From Macrostomum lignano (taxonomy: Eukaryota), in NCBI GenBank assembly GCA_002269645.1, contig NIVC01000702.1:248001-312000 (forward strand): a stretch of 64,000 nucleotides of DNA. The letters are read 5' to 3'. The translations under genes were made by a program, and so were the position numbers. The notes under the pieces are model-generated. The model was not told where the DNA came from. It saw only the letters and a program-made list of their open reading frames with translations, and made no database searches. Below, in pieces: positions 46,201-56,879 of the stretch (position 1 is its first letter; every line of letters starts with the position of its first letter).

Positions 46201-47224
46201 TCCCAAGTTACATGTATGTACGTGATGTCCCCCATTTCCCCCACCTACTAAGCCAGGCATCCACCCGATTTTAGTAGCCGGGCTTAGGCAGGCTAGGTGA
46301 CGGCTATAGTAGGCAGATTGCATGACTACATGTACTACGTCGCTCGGTTGCTTATAGCGACGCTGGTCAAGGGCAGTTCAAGGTCGTCCCAGCTGTGCAT
46401 CACGAGTCACGCGCATGGAACGTGAAATTCCAGGCTCTACTTGTATAAGGCTAGGCAGCTCATTTTTCCTGATCCACTCTCTCACCCAGTCGTAGACTTA
46501 TATGCCCTGGCCGACGTGTGGGCTCTTGACTCTGGTTTCGGACGTGCTCTTGCAAAACGCTGCGTGAATATCACATTCTAATTCGCTGATACCTTTTAGA
46601 TCGACCAGGACTAAGATCCTAAGCATTGGATGCAAATTCGTCTCCCGTAGCAGGCTGGGGAGTCCCGTCTCATTAGAGAAAGTTTCCCGGATGTACGTTT
46701 TACGCATGCAGCCGCTTGTGGCTGATGGCGCGGCTACACGCCTTTGATGTGTGGCTATAAAACACACACAGGAGCCGTTAGTTTTAGTTTGAAGGACCAG
46801 CTTGGCCCCTCAGACACAGCACAAACTGAAACTGTTTACTATCAACCCAGGGGGCCGGAGGAGTGGAGTTTGAAGAAACCGATCGGGCCGACTTACCAAA
46901 TTATCTAAAAATAATGTAGCATGAAGCAGACGCGAGCGCTTAAGTCGCATAAATCCGCAGATTATTGTCATAAAATTTTACACCGGGTTAATATCTATGG
47001 GCAATGCTCACTTTCTTTAGTATAGGCGGATATTTGCCCAGTGCAATAAGCGAAATCAATTTCGACAATAGCCAGAAGTGCACTTAATAATCAAATGATG
47101 GAATTTAAGTTGCAAGCTTCAAATCTGGGCGCTTGATGCGCCAAGCCGCCTATCTGTGTCTGGACTCGACTGACAACAACGGGATTCGGTAAAAGCGAGC
47201 GCCGCCGCCGACGCCGCCGCCATC

Positions 47225-47665
47225 ATGTCGGGGCCGCTCACCCCAAATATTTTTATGAGCGGCGCATCGATGGGTACAAAAGTGCTCATCCGGTATCGCC
47301 TGCTCGAGTGCAACATCAAACTGATGGGCGAAATCGGCGTCGATAACGTCTTCGTCACAAGCGTCGGCCCGGCTGCGGACGAAGTGATGGACTTCCGTCT
47401 GCAGGTGTCGGTCTACGATCAGGTTTTTGTACGATCGGCATTCGACTTGGCTGAACGAGGCGCCGACATGCTGCTGGAGGCGCTGGTGATGCGGTCTGTT
47501 GGCAAAGTCAAGACCCTGGTCACCAGGCTGACCGGAAGCTGCCAGCAGAGCCAGAGCAGCGGCGGTCAAATCGAGCTGGTCGGTCGCTTAAAAAAGGTGT
47601 CGGAAGAAGAAGTGAAGCAGAGCATATCAGACGCCTGCCGGCAGCTTAAGGTTGGCTCCAACTGA
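47225..47665 (+). CDS. Intronless 146-aa protein of unknown family
   Basis: GCCGCCATCATG context, upstream in-frame TGA, strong C/G third-position bias, globular alternating beta/alpha pattern. Confidence 0.7.
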   Translation: MSGPLTPNIFMSGASMGTKVLIRYRLLECNIKLMGEIGVDNVFVTSVGPAADEVMDFRLQVSVYDQVFVRSAFDLAERGADMLLEALVMRSVGKVKTLVTRLTGSCQQSQSSGGQIELVGRLKKVSEEEVKQSISDACRQLKVGSN

Positions 47666-48271
47666 TCGATGCATTACTGCTGAGTCTGCGTCTTTCAAAT
47701 ATTGCTAAAATACCAACGGTTTGTCCTCTGGCGTCATCGATATTGCTTTGACGTCAATGTTTCGCTTTAATAGCCGCGTATAGAAAATACCAAATAGCAT
47801 CCTTTTTATTTCTGAGCCGCTTATTTTCTGATTTTTCCACCAGCAAAAAATATAACTGAGTTTTGAGCCCAGACCTCAGAATGCTTTGAATTTTCAATGA
47901 CTCATCATCGTCATCTTTCCCAATTGTCACCTCAGTTTTTGATTGCGCGAGAACTGTTTGTTATTTAGAAAGCTGCCGTACGTCTGTCAAATGCAAGTTT
48001 AAATTCTGGTAACCTTTAAATATTTTATATTTAGAATAAGGCAACAGAGCAGAAAAGATCTGTCATAAAATTGTAGTTAATAGTGTTAGTGTTGCGCGAA
48101 CGTCCGTTAAAGATTATTAATCATGCAACGCGGTCATTAGCTATATAGCTGTACGAGTATTTGAAGATATTATCTTAATTATCGGAGTTAAATAATTAAA
48201 GATAGAAGTTTTAATTGTCTGTATTTTACGATAAAGAAGCTTTTTCGTTATGTCTGGAGTATTTTAACAAT

Positions 48272-49007
48272 CAGAGGCATTGCCGTGGATTTTATGGTGG
48301 GTGGGGGACAAAGCCAAGAATTGTACATCTACATGTACACGACTAAATTTATACATGTAACATTATTTTCAGAATAGAAATTGTCAGCGATCATATTAGC
48401 TCCGCAGGCACTCATTTTAGCGCCGCAGGCACTCATTTTGGCGCCGCAGGTATTCCTTTTAGCGCCGCAGGCACTCATTTTAGCGCCGCAGGCACTCATT
48501 TTGGCGCCGCAGGTATTCCTTTTAGCGCCGCAGGCACTAATTTTGGCGCCGCAGGCACTCATTTTGGCGCCGCAGGTATTCCTTTTAGCGCCGCAGGCAC
48601 TCATTTTAGCGCCGCAGGCACTCATTTTGGCGCCGCAGGTATTCCTTTTAGCGCCGCAGGCACTCATTTTAGCGCCGCAGGCACTCATTTTAGCGCCGCA
48701 GGCACTCATTTTAGCGCCACAGACACTCATCTTAGCGCCACAGGCACTCATTTTGGCGCCGCAGGCACTAATTTTGGCGCCGCAGGCACTCATTTTAGCG
48801 CTGCAGGCACTCATTTTAGCGCCGCAGACACTCATTTTGGCGCCGCAGACACTCATTTTAGCGCCACAGACAGTGTTTTCGTTTGCAGGCGCTATGTTTT
48901 GTCGCCCTGAAGCAAAATTTTTGATTTCCATAACAGGTCAACAAAGGTGGGGTGGGGGACAAAGCATTGGCATGTCCCCCCTGTCCCCCCCGGCGGCAAC
49001 GCCCCCG
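48272..49007. mobile_element. Probable MITE containing a 21-bp tandem array
   Basis: Degenerate TIR CAGAGGCATTGCCG / CGGGGGCGTTGCCG; subterminal GGGGGACA...TGTCCCCC; no clean TSD. Confidence 0.45.
48400..48870. repeat. 21-bp minisatellite
   Basis: Unit GCGCCGCAGGCACTCATTTTR, ~22 copies. Confidence 0.93.
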
Positions 49008-49410
49008 CTAAAATAAATATTATGGAAACTATAGCTATAGTGAAAGTAAAGGACGCATTTGACATTAACAACCATCAACTCAGTCAATATCGTCTTCGAT
49101 CAGCGAGGCTGGTGAAAAGCTGGTCACTATGGTGCGAAGATGTCGAGTAAAGTTGCGCAATTCAGACAACGCGCGTGGCTGCTCAACTTTCTGCAATTCA
49201 AGAAATTTAAATTCCTAGCTATAGTGATGTAGCTAGTTAAGCAAGGAAAGTGTCTATAGGTAAAAGGCCTTCGAGTCAAAATTTTATTCTGCGTTGTTTT
49301 TAAACAAATATTTCTAAGCTGTGCTATAGAAGTTCAGACAGAGCAACAGAATCGAGCTCGTGGCATGTTTTTTTCCGGTGTATTTTGTTAAAACTAATGT
49401 AATACTGCCA

Positions 49411-49733
49411 GGGGGTGTGCCAGCGACCCAGGCTCGATTCCAATTGCAGTCACATTAATTTGGGGCTGAATTGGAATCTCGGCTTGGCTCTGCTCGTGCA
49501 ATTAACGGCCTTGAGGGCCAACCCCCCAAGGCACAGTGAAGTGTACATGCCTAACGATAATCTAAAGTTAGGGCCGCTGTACACTCCTGGGTGAGTGTGT
49601 GCCTGCGTACGTATCCGCGCGCTTGTATGCCTGCTCAGGGGAGTCGGCGGAATGGGCAGTAATGCCTCTCGCCGGTTGTGTGCCTATGTCGCTTAAAGTG
49701 CGCCAGGGTGCACACAACCCCCTGCGTCTAATA
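49411..49733 (+). mobile_element. SINE-like / 5'-truncated non-LTR insertion
   Basis: 15-bp direct repeat AATGTAATACTGCCA on both flanks (49396-49410, 49734-49748); B-box-like GGCTCGATTCC; second partial copy at 18.5 kb. Confidence 0.65.
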
Positions 49734-49752
49734 AATGTAATACTGCCATTTT

Positions 49753-50094
49753 TGTAGCCTATAGTGGTGTCGCGACTTTCCTTAGTCATTTCTTAGTTCA
49801 CCTTCACTTGTCTCTGTTTACTCTGTTTTCTCTCTCTCTGTCTAGCTCAATCTTGTTATTCTTATCTCTCTTTCCCTTGCTGCCTTCTGATTGGCTCTCC
49901 ATTCTCGCCTCTCTCTTTAGTCGCGCAGTCCAACCCCCTCTCCTTATTATTCTGGACTCAACCCCGCCCCCCCAAAGTTAAATGTTCTATAAATATATCG
50001 GTTTGGGCCCTGCGCCCAAATTTTCAATTAACTCAATTAACTTATTCAATTTAACTCCAAGTTACTCTCTAGTTTTTCTCTACATGGCGCCCAA
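49753..50094 (+). mobile_element. Possible orphan LTR with PBS
   Basis: TGTAG...CTACA ends, internal ATTGG and TATAAATA, followed by TGGCGCCCAA (tRNA-Lys-type PBS); no partner LTR or TSD seen. Confidence 0.3.
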
Positions 50095-50306
50095 TCTCTA
50101 GTTTTTAGGCTTAGTCTTATTTTCTCTACACAAGTGGTTACAGCGTCGGAGTCGATTCGGGTTCAATTTTTTACCCACTCGGAACAATTTGTGTCCTTGA
50201 CATAAATCTGCATTGCTTCACTTCACCCAGCTGTAAAATTGGTGCCAGCATTAGCTGGGGTAATATTGAGGGTGTGTGGCGACCGCCCAGTCCTTGGACT
50301 GAACAG

Positions 50307-50369
50307 TCAGTCGTACGCAGCCTTCAGATGCGCAGCGCAATAGCGCAGTGGGTTGCACATCTGGCCCAA
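50307..50369 (-). CDS. cGAS-like/Mab-21 gene, exon 3
   Basis: 89-nt intron with (AAT)n and CTTAC branch-like site; CCCCAG| phase 0; LGQMCNPLRYCAAHLKAAYD-stop; three exons total 1655 nt, one short of 552 codons. Confidence 0.65.
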   Translation of the reverse strand: MGQMCNPLRYCAAHLKAAYD

Positions 50370-50391
50370 CTGGGGCAGGTGTAAGTTGTTA

Positions 50392-50431
<40 letters not shown>

Positions 50432-50458
50432 TATAAAAACAAGTTGCAAATCACTCAC

Positions 50459-51698
50459 TCGATAGTTGATCAGCATTGGCAGCAAAGGAGTGCTTTGAAG
50501 CATTTCGGTGAACACATTTGCAACACTGGGCACTGTTCCATCGCGCATCGCTGCAATCAGTTTGGCCAGAGGCGTCAGCTCATTCTCAAGGGTGCAGGCC
50601 ACGATTTTGCCATCACGAAGCTGCAGCCTCAACGGGTTTGGCTCTTGCAACATTCCCAGGATCGCTGATTTTGCTCCATCAAACTGAACCTCCGGTCCCT
50701 CTGCGGGACATCGCATCCCCTTGCTTATTGAGAACTGGAATGCCTCTGCGGCAGCATCCAACGATTTACCAACCCTGAGATATGCAAGCGCTTTAAGCCA
50801 ATCTTTGCTGACTCTGACGCAATCCGGAAGTTCGGAAATTTGCTTTAACAGTTTCTTCAAGTGGCTATCTAACGAATCTTCTGTTGGAACTTCAGACACG
50901 GCCACGTGGCGTCTCGAACTTCTCCGAAAGCGCTGATGATGGCATCCCGCTCGGTCCCAGTGGCGGCAGCAATATGGACTTCGGCAAGCAGATGCAAGGA
51001 GAATAAGGCGTGAAACTGCATCCCTCCGACTGGGAGTTCTGTTAGACTGTCCGCAAACTTGCCGATTTCCTCGTGAATTTTTACTAGAGTTTGCTTCACG
51101 GAAGCGACGATCTCAGCCTTTTTCTTGTGATCCTTCTTGAAGTACACGTTTGCGTCTCTGAGAAAGAAATGCTTCATGCACGCGTCTTCGGAGTCTGTGC
51201 TCTCCATCATTTCTACGAGAATTTCCAGCGAGGTACGCACAAGCTCGATTAGGTGGCTGCCCGTTTGCCATTTTTCCACCGGAGTTTCGTCAAGCATGTA
51301 GAACAGCAGGTTCTTGGCAATGTACGTTTTCAACCCGATATCGCTCAGCACTCGCTTGATAAGAAACTTGACGATGATGAAAAACTGGCCCTGAATGTCC
51401 GTGAGGTGTTGCATCACGGATCTCTCGAGCAGCGTCGTGCTGACCCGCATGCAACTGCCTGCAGGGAGATTCGGTGGTGACGCGGCTACCGCGTGGCACT
51501 TGGGTGAGTCGCCGAAGACCTCCGCTCGGAGCAGCTCAATGATCCGCTCTGGCATGCATGATGCTCGCCCTGTGCGAGTCCTGTAGCCGTCCTGCAGCAG
51601 CTCAATTGAAGGATAGGAGCAGCAGTCCAGAGCTACGATAATGTCGAAAGCATCAACCATGCCCAGCTTGGACTTCTCAATGCTGAAGTTCGGCTTAA
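50459..51698 (-). CDS. cGAS-like/Mab-21 nucleotidyltransferase, exon 2 (contains a 1-nt frameshift)
   Basis: TTTGCAG|TT acceptor in frame; FDIIVAL third Asp; RVSTTLLERSVM, LKTYIAKNLLFY, MKHFFLRDANVY Mab-21 motifs; TPR-like WLKALAYLRVGKSLDAAAEAF after the shift; CGA|GTGAGT donor. Confidence 0.83.
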
Positions 51699-51844
51699 CT
51701 GCAAATTTTTGTAAGAGAGCATCCTTTTTTAGCTTTATTGCTTTAACAGGTTTATTTTTTCTGTTTTCATTTAATGCCTACGTGACAGAAAGGCTTTCAA
51801 ACACGCTGCATGGCCTCTAAAGGTCCTATATTATGAGTGCGAGT

Positions 51845-51975
51845 GCTAAAGTCCCTTATGCTGGCACCCCTGGTGCTAAAGCCCCTTACGCTGGCGCCCC
51901 TTGTGCTAAAGCCTCTGGTGCTAAAGCCCCTTGGTGCTAAAGCCCCTAGTGCTAAAGCCCCTTGGTGCTGGCCTT
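51845..51975. repeat. Short copy of GCTGGCGCCCC/GTGCTAAAGCCC minisatellite family
   Basis: In intron 1 of the Mab-21 gene. Confidence 0.75.
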
Positions 51976-52054
51976 GTAATTAACAATACCCAATAAAAAA
52001 TCTCTGGATCTACTACCGCCTAGCTTCTCCAACTTTTAACGATAATCCACTTAC

Positions 52055-52406
52055 ATCCACTTCGGAAGAACACGTGACCGTCTTTATACTCAGCCAGCAT
52101 GTGCTCGGCCTGACAATTCGCTTCGAGTTGCGCATCAACTACAGGATGTATCGGCTGCCGACCGGACATAACTGTGACGTCAATATCGCTTGATGGCTCA
52201 ATGCTGCCGTCCAGCTTATCCAGACAGCTGCCCCATCCGTCAGCGTAGCTGCCAAACACGCGCAGACTGTCGGATTTCAACAGGAAGCTGAGCACGTCCT
52301 CCATACCGCTGGCCATTGCCGATTGAATTCGTGCATTAGCAGAACTGAAGCCGGCTTTGTACATCAAGCCGGACAGCCAGATACTCAGGGACTCTTCTTC
52401 GTCCAT
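52055..52406 (-). CDS. cGAS-like/Mab-21 nucleotidyltransferase, exon 1
   Basis: ATG 52406; RVFGSYADG...SSDIDVTV (GS...DxD catalytic motif); T|GTAAGT phase-1 donor. Confidence 0.85.
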
Positions 52407-52919
52407 TTTCTGATCTATAAATTCGTATTCTTCGATGCGTTGAAGAAAAGCAGAATTTGCAGTGCATTTCAGTTCCTAGTTGGATTTGCTCTGCACGTTA
52501 TAGTAAAGTCAGAGATTGTTGGACGTCAAAAGCCTTCCCGTAGTGTACTTTCTGATCTGACTTAATTCTCTCTCCTCTGTTTGTAGGCTCAATGTACGCA
52601 TCCAAAGTGTACAGTGCAGGAAATGTTTAGCACCCATCATGCGCTATTAAACACCCTGTCCTCTAAGTGTTTTCAGCGCTCTGCTTATCCAAAACTGTCA
52701 CAAGTCTATACTTTAGTAAGTTCCGGTACAAAATTCCAACGTTAACGTCGCTGTTCAGCGACTTCGATATTACATGTATATGACACTGCATCACTATATT
52801 TTATTTTTTTATACATCCCAAGAATAAAAATAATGTCTTTGGAAGTCATTTTATAGCTTATTGGAGGGCCAAACGACTCATTTACAGTGTATTTAGACCT
52901 GTCCTTTTACATGTAACTG

Positions 52920-53098
52920 TCAGTGCTTATTCCTTATAGAGTAGATATTGACATGCTCATCGTGACAGTTAGAAGATATCCAATGTCCTCGTGTGTAGGA
53001 GCACTCGATGCTGTCATTGGAGAACGGGTGGCCACCAAACCATGCCGTATATGAGCCCTTCTGATAGCCGTCCATCCACATCCAACAGTGGCTTTTGC
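52920..53098 (-). pseudogene. C-type lectin gene B, CTLD2 second exon
   Basis: ATGCAG|GC AAA; KSHCWMWMDG...AWFGGHP...ECSYTRGHWISSNC; final conserved Cys replaced by Ser. Confidence 0.8.
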
Positions 53099-53579
53099 CT
53101 GCATTTTACAATTTGTTAAATACAGCCAGGTCCAACAGGTGGGTTTCACGAATGCGAAATTTCATAACCGCTAAAAGCACTGGCTTTCATAAGCGCGAAA
53201 CTTCACAACCGTGAAAATTCACAAACGCTAAATGTCATCTACTTTAACAATCGCGAAACTTCATAACCGCTAAAACTTTTGCACTTACTTTCATATACGG
53301 CAGTCTTTTTAGCGGTTGTGAAGTTTCGCGGTTGTGAAAGCAACCCGCTCAACGTACATGTTACAACTTTTGCCTCCATGGCTACCTACTTATTCTCTAA
53401 CGATTTTAGAAAGAGGAGGCGCTGCTGCTCAGGCTCTGAGGTGTGCCCTGTGACGTTGATGTCTTCACAAACTGATCTAACCTAAGACTTGATTTGTACG
53501 TGTTGTTTACCTTGAGCTGTATTGCGTTCGACAGAGCGGAATTCAGGAAGCGTTTCATCCAAGCATCCAAACTACTTAC

Positions 53580-53796
53580 CAGGGTCAGTAATACAGGGTC
53601 GAACCTTCTCCAGACCAATCCAAGCATTTGTACTGCAGCCAAGAGCCAATGTGAGCTCAGTGTGCTCCCGATGGCTCCTCACGCTGGCCACGGTAGCTCC
53701 CATGGATTCGCAGCTGATCTGGGCGTTGAAGTAGTTGGTCCGGTTCGACGAGATGAAGAAACAGTCATTATCAATGTCTAGCCAGCCTTTAGGACA
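53580..53796 (-). pseudogene. C-type lectin gene B, CTLD2 first exon
   Basis: 217 nt, same length as gene A; CPKGWLDIDNDCF...AWIGLEKVRPC; G|GTAAGT donor; acceptor reads CGG instead of CAG. Confidence 0.82.
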
Positions 53797-54207
53797 CCGC
53801 AGAGGTTATAAAGCCTACATTTTATAGTAGAATTAAAAAAAGAGTTAGTGAGTTAGTGAGGCTAATGGCAAACTACACTCTTTAGACGGCAATTTTGAGA
53901 CGCTCTTCTTATCTAAAATGAAATTGACTGAATTAGTTTTAGGACGCATTTTATATACAAGTGTAGAATTTAGGCGCAAGTTTGTCTCAAGGATCTATAA
54001 TTAATCTATCATTTCATGACTGGCAATACAAAACTGCATGAAAGTTAACCCGGAAACTCAAGCAGAAAAATTACGATGTACGAGTCCATAGCAAATTCGT
54101 TTCTTATTTCATGATTATGACTTCGCAATCGCCCTATTTATCTGAACGTTCTGTAATTTCTATTGATAATAAAATCCTATCGAATTAGTTTCGTATGTAT
54201 ATTTATT

Positions 54208-54592
54208 TCAGAGACTATTTTTCTGCAAAGTAGATGGCCGAACCATGCATACACTTCGCAATCGAAAGTCACAATAGTGACTTAACCATTTTGGTGAGCT
54301 AAAACTGGCTTCATGATACGCGCAGTCATTATGTCTTTCGCTATTCACAATTCACGGCTCCGTGTAGTTTGTAGGCATATCGCTCCACCAAGTGAAGGTT
54401 TTACTCAATATTTCAGTTTTAGCCATTCCAATCCACATGCTGTACAAGCAGCGGCCCAGCGCCTGCAGGTGGCCACCAAGCCGCTGACAGGCCTTCTCCG
54501 AGCCAAACCAGCCTTCAAAGTTCTGTAGACAACAAGTAGCACCAGTCGTTGAAGTAGTGCCACTCAGCTTCGCCATTATCAGGCCCCGCATG
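54208..54592 (-). pseudogene. C-type lectin gene B, CTLD1 exon, disrupted
   Basis: WHYFNDWCY, GWFGSEKACQRLGGHL, MWIG, SVCMV align to gene A; +1 frameshift, 36-nt deletion and in-frame TGA. Confidence 0.85.
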
Positions 54593-54856
54593 CTAAAATA
54601 TTTAAATTTAAACTGACGCGTAAATAAACTAATTTGAAATCAAAGTCAAATTTAAACAAAATACTTTACAATCATGCGACCCAGAAGCACAGCAGAGCAA
54701 GACGGAAATCAGCACTACCGTGCGTGGAAGATTTTCGAGCATTTCAAAAACTATAAAATTGGTTTCCAAGAAAGAAGGTCATAAGGTCACTGCGAGCTAT
54801 GAGTATAAGTTCAAAGGTGGGTGTCTTGGCTGAGAGGGTATAGCAATAGTTAAAAA

Positions 54857-56237
54857 CAAGGGCCGGACAACTTTTTGTCTCAAGGGCCAGATTGAGAACC
54901 TAGAGCATGACTGCGGGCCAGGGGAGGGGGGTTAGGATAGGGAATAGAGAAGAGAAATAGGAGAAAGGAGAAAAGATGAGACAAATAGGGAAGGAGAGAG
55001 CAAATAGGAGAGGAGATAGGAGGGAAGGGAGAGGAAAAGGGAGATTAGAGGAGAGAAGAGAGGAGAAGAGAAGAGTGAGGAGACTACGTAGGCTCGTAGG
55101 AGAGTGTAGAGGAGAAGAGAGAAGATAGGAGAGAAGAGAGGAGAGGAGAGAAGAGAGGAGAGAAGAGAGGAGAGGAGAGGAGAGAAGAGAGGAGAGGAGA
55201 GAGGAGAGGAGAGAAGAGAGGAGAGGAGAGGAGAGAGGAGAGGAGAGAAGAGAGGAGAGGAGAGAAGAGAGGAGAGGAGAGAAGAGAGGAGAGGAGAGAA
55301 GAGAGGAGAGAGGAGAGGAGAGAAGAGAGGAGAGGAGAGAATAGAGAAGAGAGGAGAGAGGAGAGGAGAGAAGAGAGGAGAGGAGAGGAGAGGAGAGAGG
55401 AGAGGAGAGAAGAGAGGAGAGGAGAGAGGAGAGGAGAGGAGAGAAGAGAGGAGAGGAGAGAAGAGAGGAGAGAAGAGAGGAGAGGAGAGGAGAGAAGAGA
55501 GGAGAGGAGAGAGGAGAGGAGAGAAGAGAGGAGAGGAGAGAAGAGAGGAGAGGAGAGAAGAGAGGAGAGGAGAGAAGAGAGGAGAGGAGAGAAGAGAGGA
55601 GAGGAGAGGAGAGAAGAGAGGAGAGAAGAGAGGAGAGAAGAGAGGAGAGGAGAGAAGAGAGGAGAGAGGAGAGAGGAGAGGAGAGAAGAGAGGAGAGGAG
55701 AGGAGAGGAGAGAGGAGAGGAGAGAAGAGAGGAGAGGAGAGAGGAGAGGAGAGGAGAGAAGAGAGGAGAGGAGAGAAGAGAGGAGAGGAGAGGAGAGAAG
55801 AGAGGAGAGGAGAGAAGCGAGGAGAGGAGAGAAGCGAGGAGAGGAGAGAAGAGAGGAGAGGAGAGAAGAGAGGAGAGGAGAGAAGAGAGGAGAGGAGAGA
55901 AGAGAGGAGAGGAGAGAAGAGAGGAGAGGAGAGAAGAGAGGAGAGGAGAGAAGAGAGGAGAGGAGAGAAGAAAGGAGAGGAGAGAAGAGAGGAGAGGAGA
56001 GAAGAGAGGAGAGGAGAGAAGAGAGGAGAGGAGAGAAGAGAGGAGAGGAGAGAAGAGAGGCGAGGAGAGAAGAGAGGAGAGGAGAGAAGAGAAGAGAGGA
56101 GAGAAGAGAGGAGAGGAGAGAAGAGAAGAGAGGAGAGAAGAGAGGAGAGGAGAGAAGAGAGGAGAGGAGAGAAGAGAGGAGAGGAGAGAAAAGAGGAGAG
56201 GAGATGTGACCCGCGGGCCGGAGTTTGCCGACTCTTG
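54857..56237. mobile_element. Probable hAT-type MITE containing a GA-rich array
   Basis: Ends CAAGGGCCGGACAAC / CAAGAGTCGGCAAAC; subterminal GGGCCAGATT, GCGGGCCA, CCCGCGGGCCGGA; 8-bp flanks GTTAAAAA/TTTAAAAT (6/8). Confidence 0.5.
54940..56200. repeat. GA-rich array (GAGGA/GAGAA higher-order units)
   Basis: Direct reading. Confidence 0.95.
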
Positions 56238-56629
56238 TTTAAAATATGTAATCGATATTGCGATTTGCAAGAATCGAACCACAATATGTTCAACAACGAT
56301 GCTCCCTTTTTAGTTGCAGCAATGTTGTTGTGTTCACTCATGATCTGTTTGTCGAAGAAGCTGCCGAAAACAGAGATATTATTTCAGTTTTGAGACGGAA
56401 TTCAGTATTAAGTTTTTGACCATTGAATTGTCGCATTTTCTGATCTGAAGCTCAGACAAAAAATAAAAACGCTAAACTTCCCGAAACCGTTTTTAATGCT
56501 GGTGCTCATAACGGCACAGAGTATATTTCAACGGAAGAAGTCATCTTGAAGATTTCAGAATGCCATCACCACCCAGTCGAGAATTCAATCTGTTCAAATC
56601 TTATCGAGTTTTTGTATACCCAATGCAGC

Positions 56630-56796
56630 TCACTTCTTCTTGCAGACAAAGTTGTACTCATTATAACAGTTTGTGGTGTACCATCTGCCCAGAGTGTAGG
56701 TGCACTCAATCTCATTGGAGCTTGATGGATGCCCACTGGCCCAATCTGCGTAGCCGATCTCAGAGCCGTCCATCCACATGTAGCAGTAGCTTTTGC
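56630..56796 (-). CDS. Double C-type lectin gene A, last exon
   Basis: ATCCAG|GC phase 1; KSYCYMWMDGSEIGYADWASGHP...ECTYTLGRWYTTNCYNEYNFVCKKK-stop. Confidence 0.88.
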
Positions 56797-56879
56797 CTGG
56801 ATTGCAACATTTGTTCTTTCGCGGTGAATATTTGCAATGCTTGATTCATTCACGCATACCTGTTGTCTTATCTGACACC

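Noticed and set aside
46593-46707. First coding exon of the 21.9-kb gene across a ~25-kb intron (ATG...AAA G|GTATCA, phase 1)
   Set aside because: Phase fits, but the reading frame continues past this donor into a motif conserved at 62.4 kb, arguing that it is not a real donor; cannot be supported without cDNA
47150-47569. 139-aa minus-strand ORF
   Set aside because: Antisense shadow of the GC3-biased plus-strand 146-aa gene
53555-53580. Premature TAG in lectin B CTLD2
   Set aside because: It lies just after the GTAAGT donor, inside the intron
54350-54356. In-frame TGA in lectin B as selenocysteine
   Set aside because: Position is not a Cys in paralog A and the same exon has a frameshift and deletion; pseudogene is simpler
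56200-56341. First exon of lectin B (MSEHNNIAAT...)
   Set aside because: Not signal-peptide-like; overlaps the end of a probable MITE and runs into the GA array
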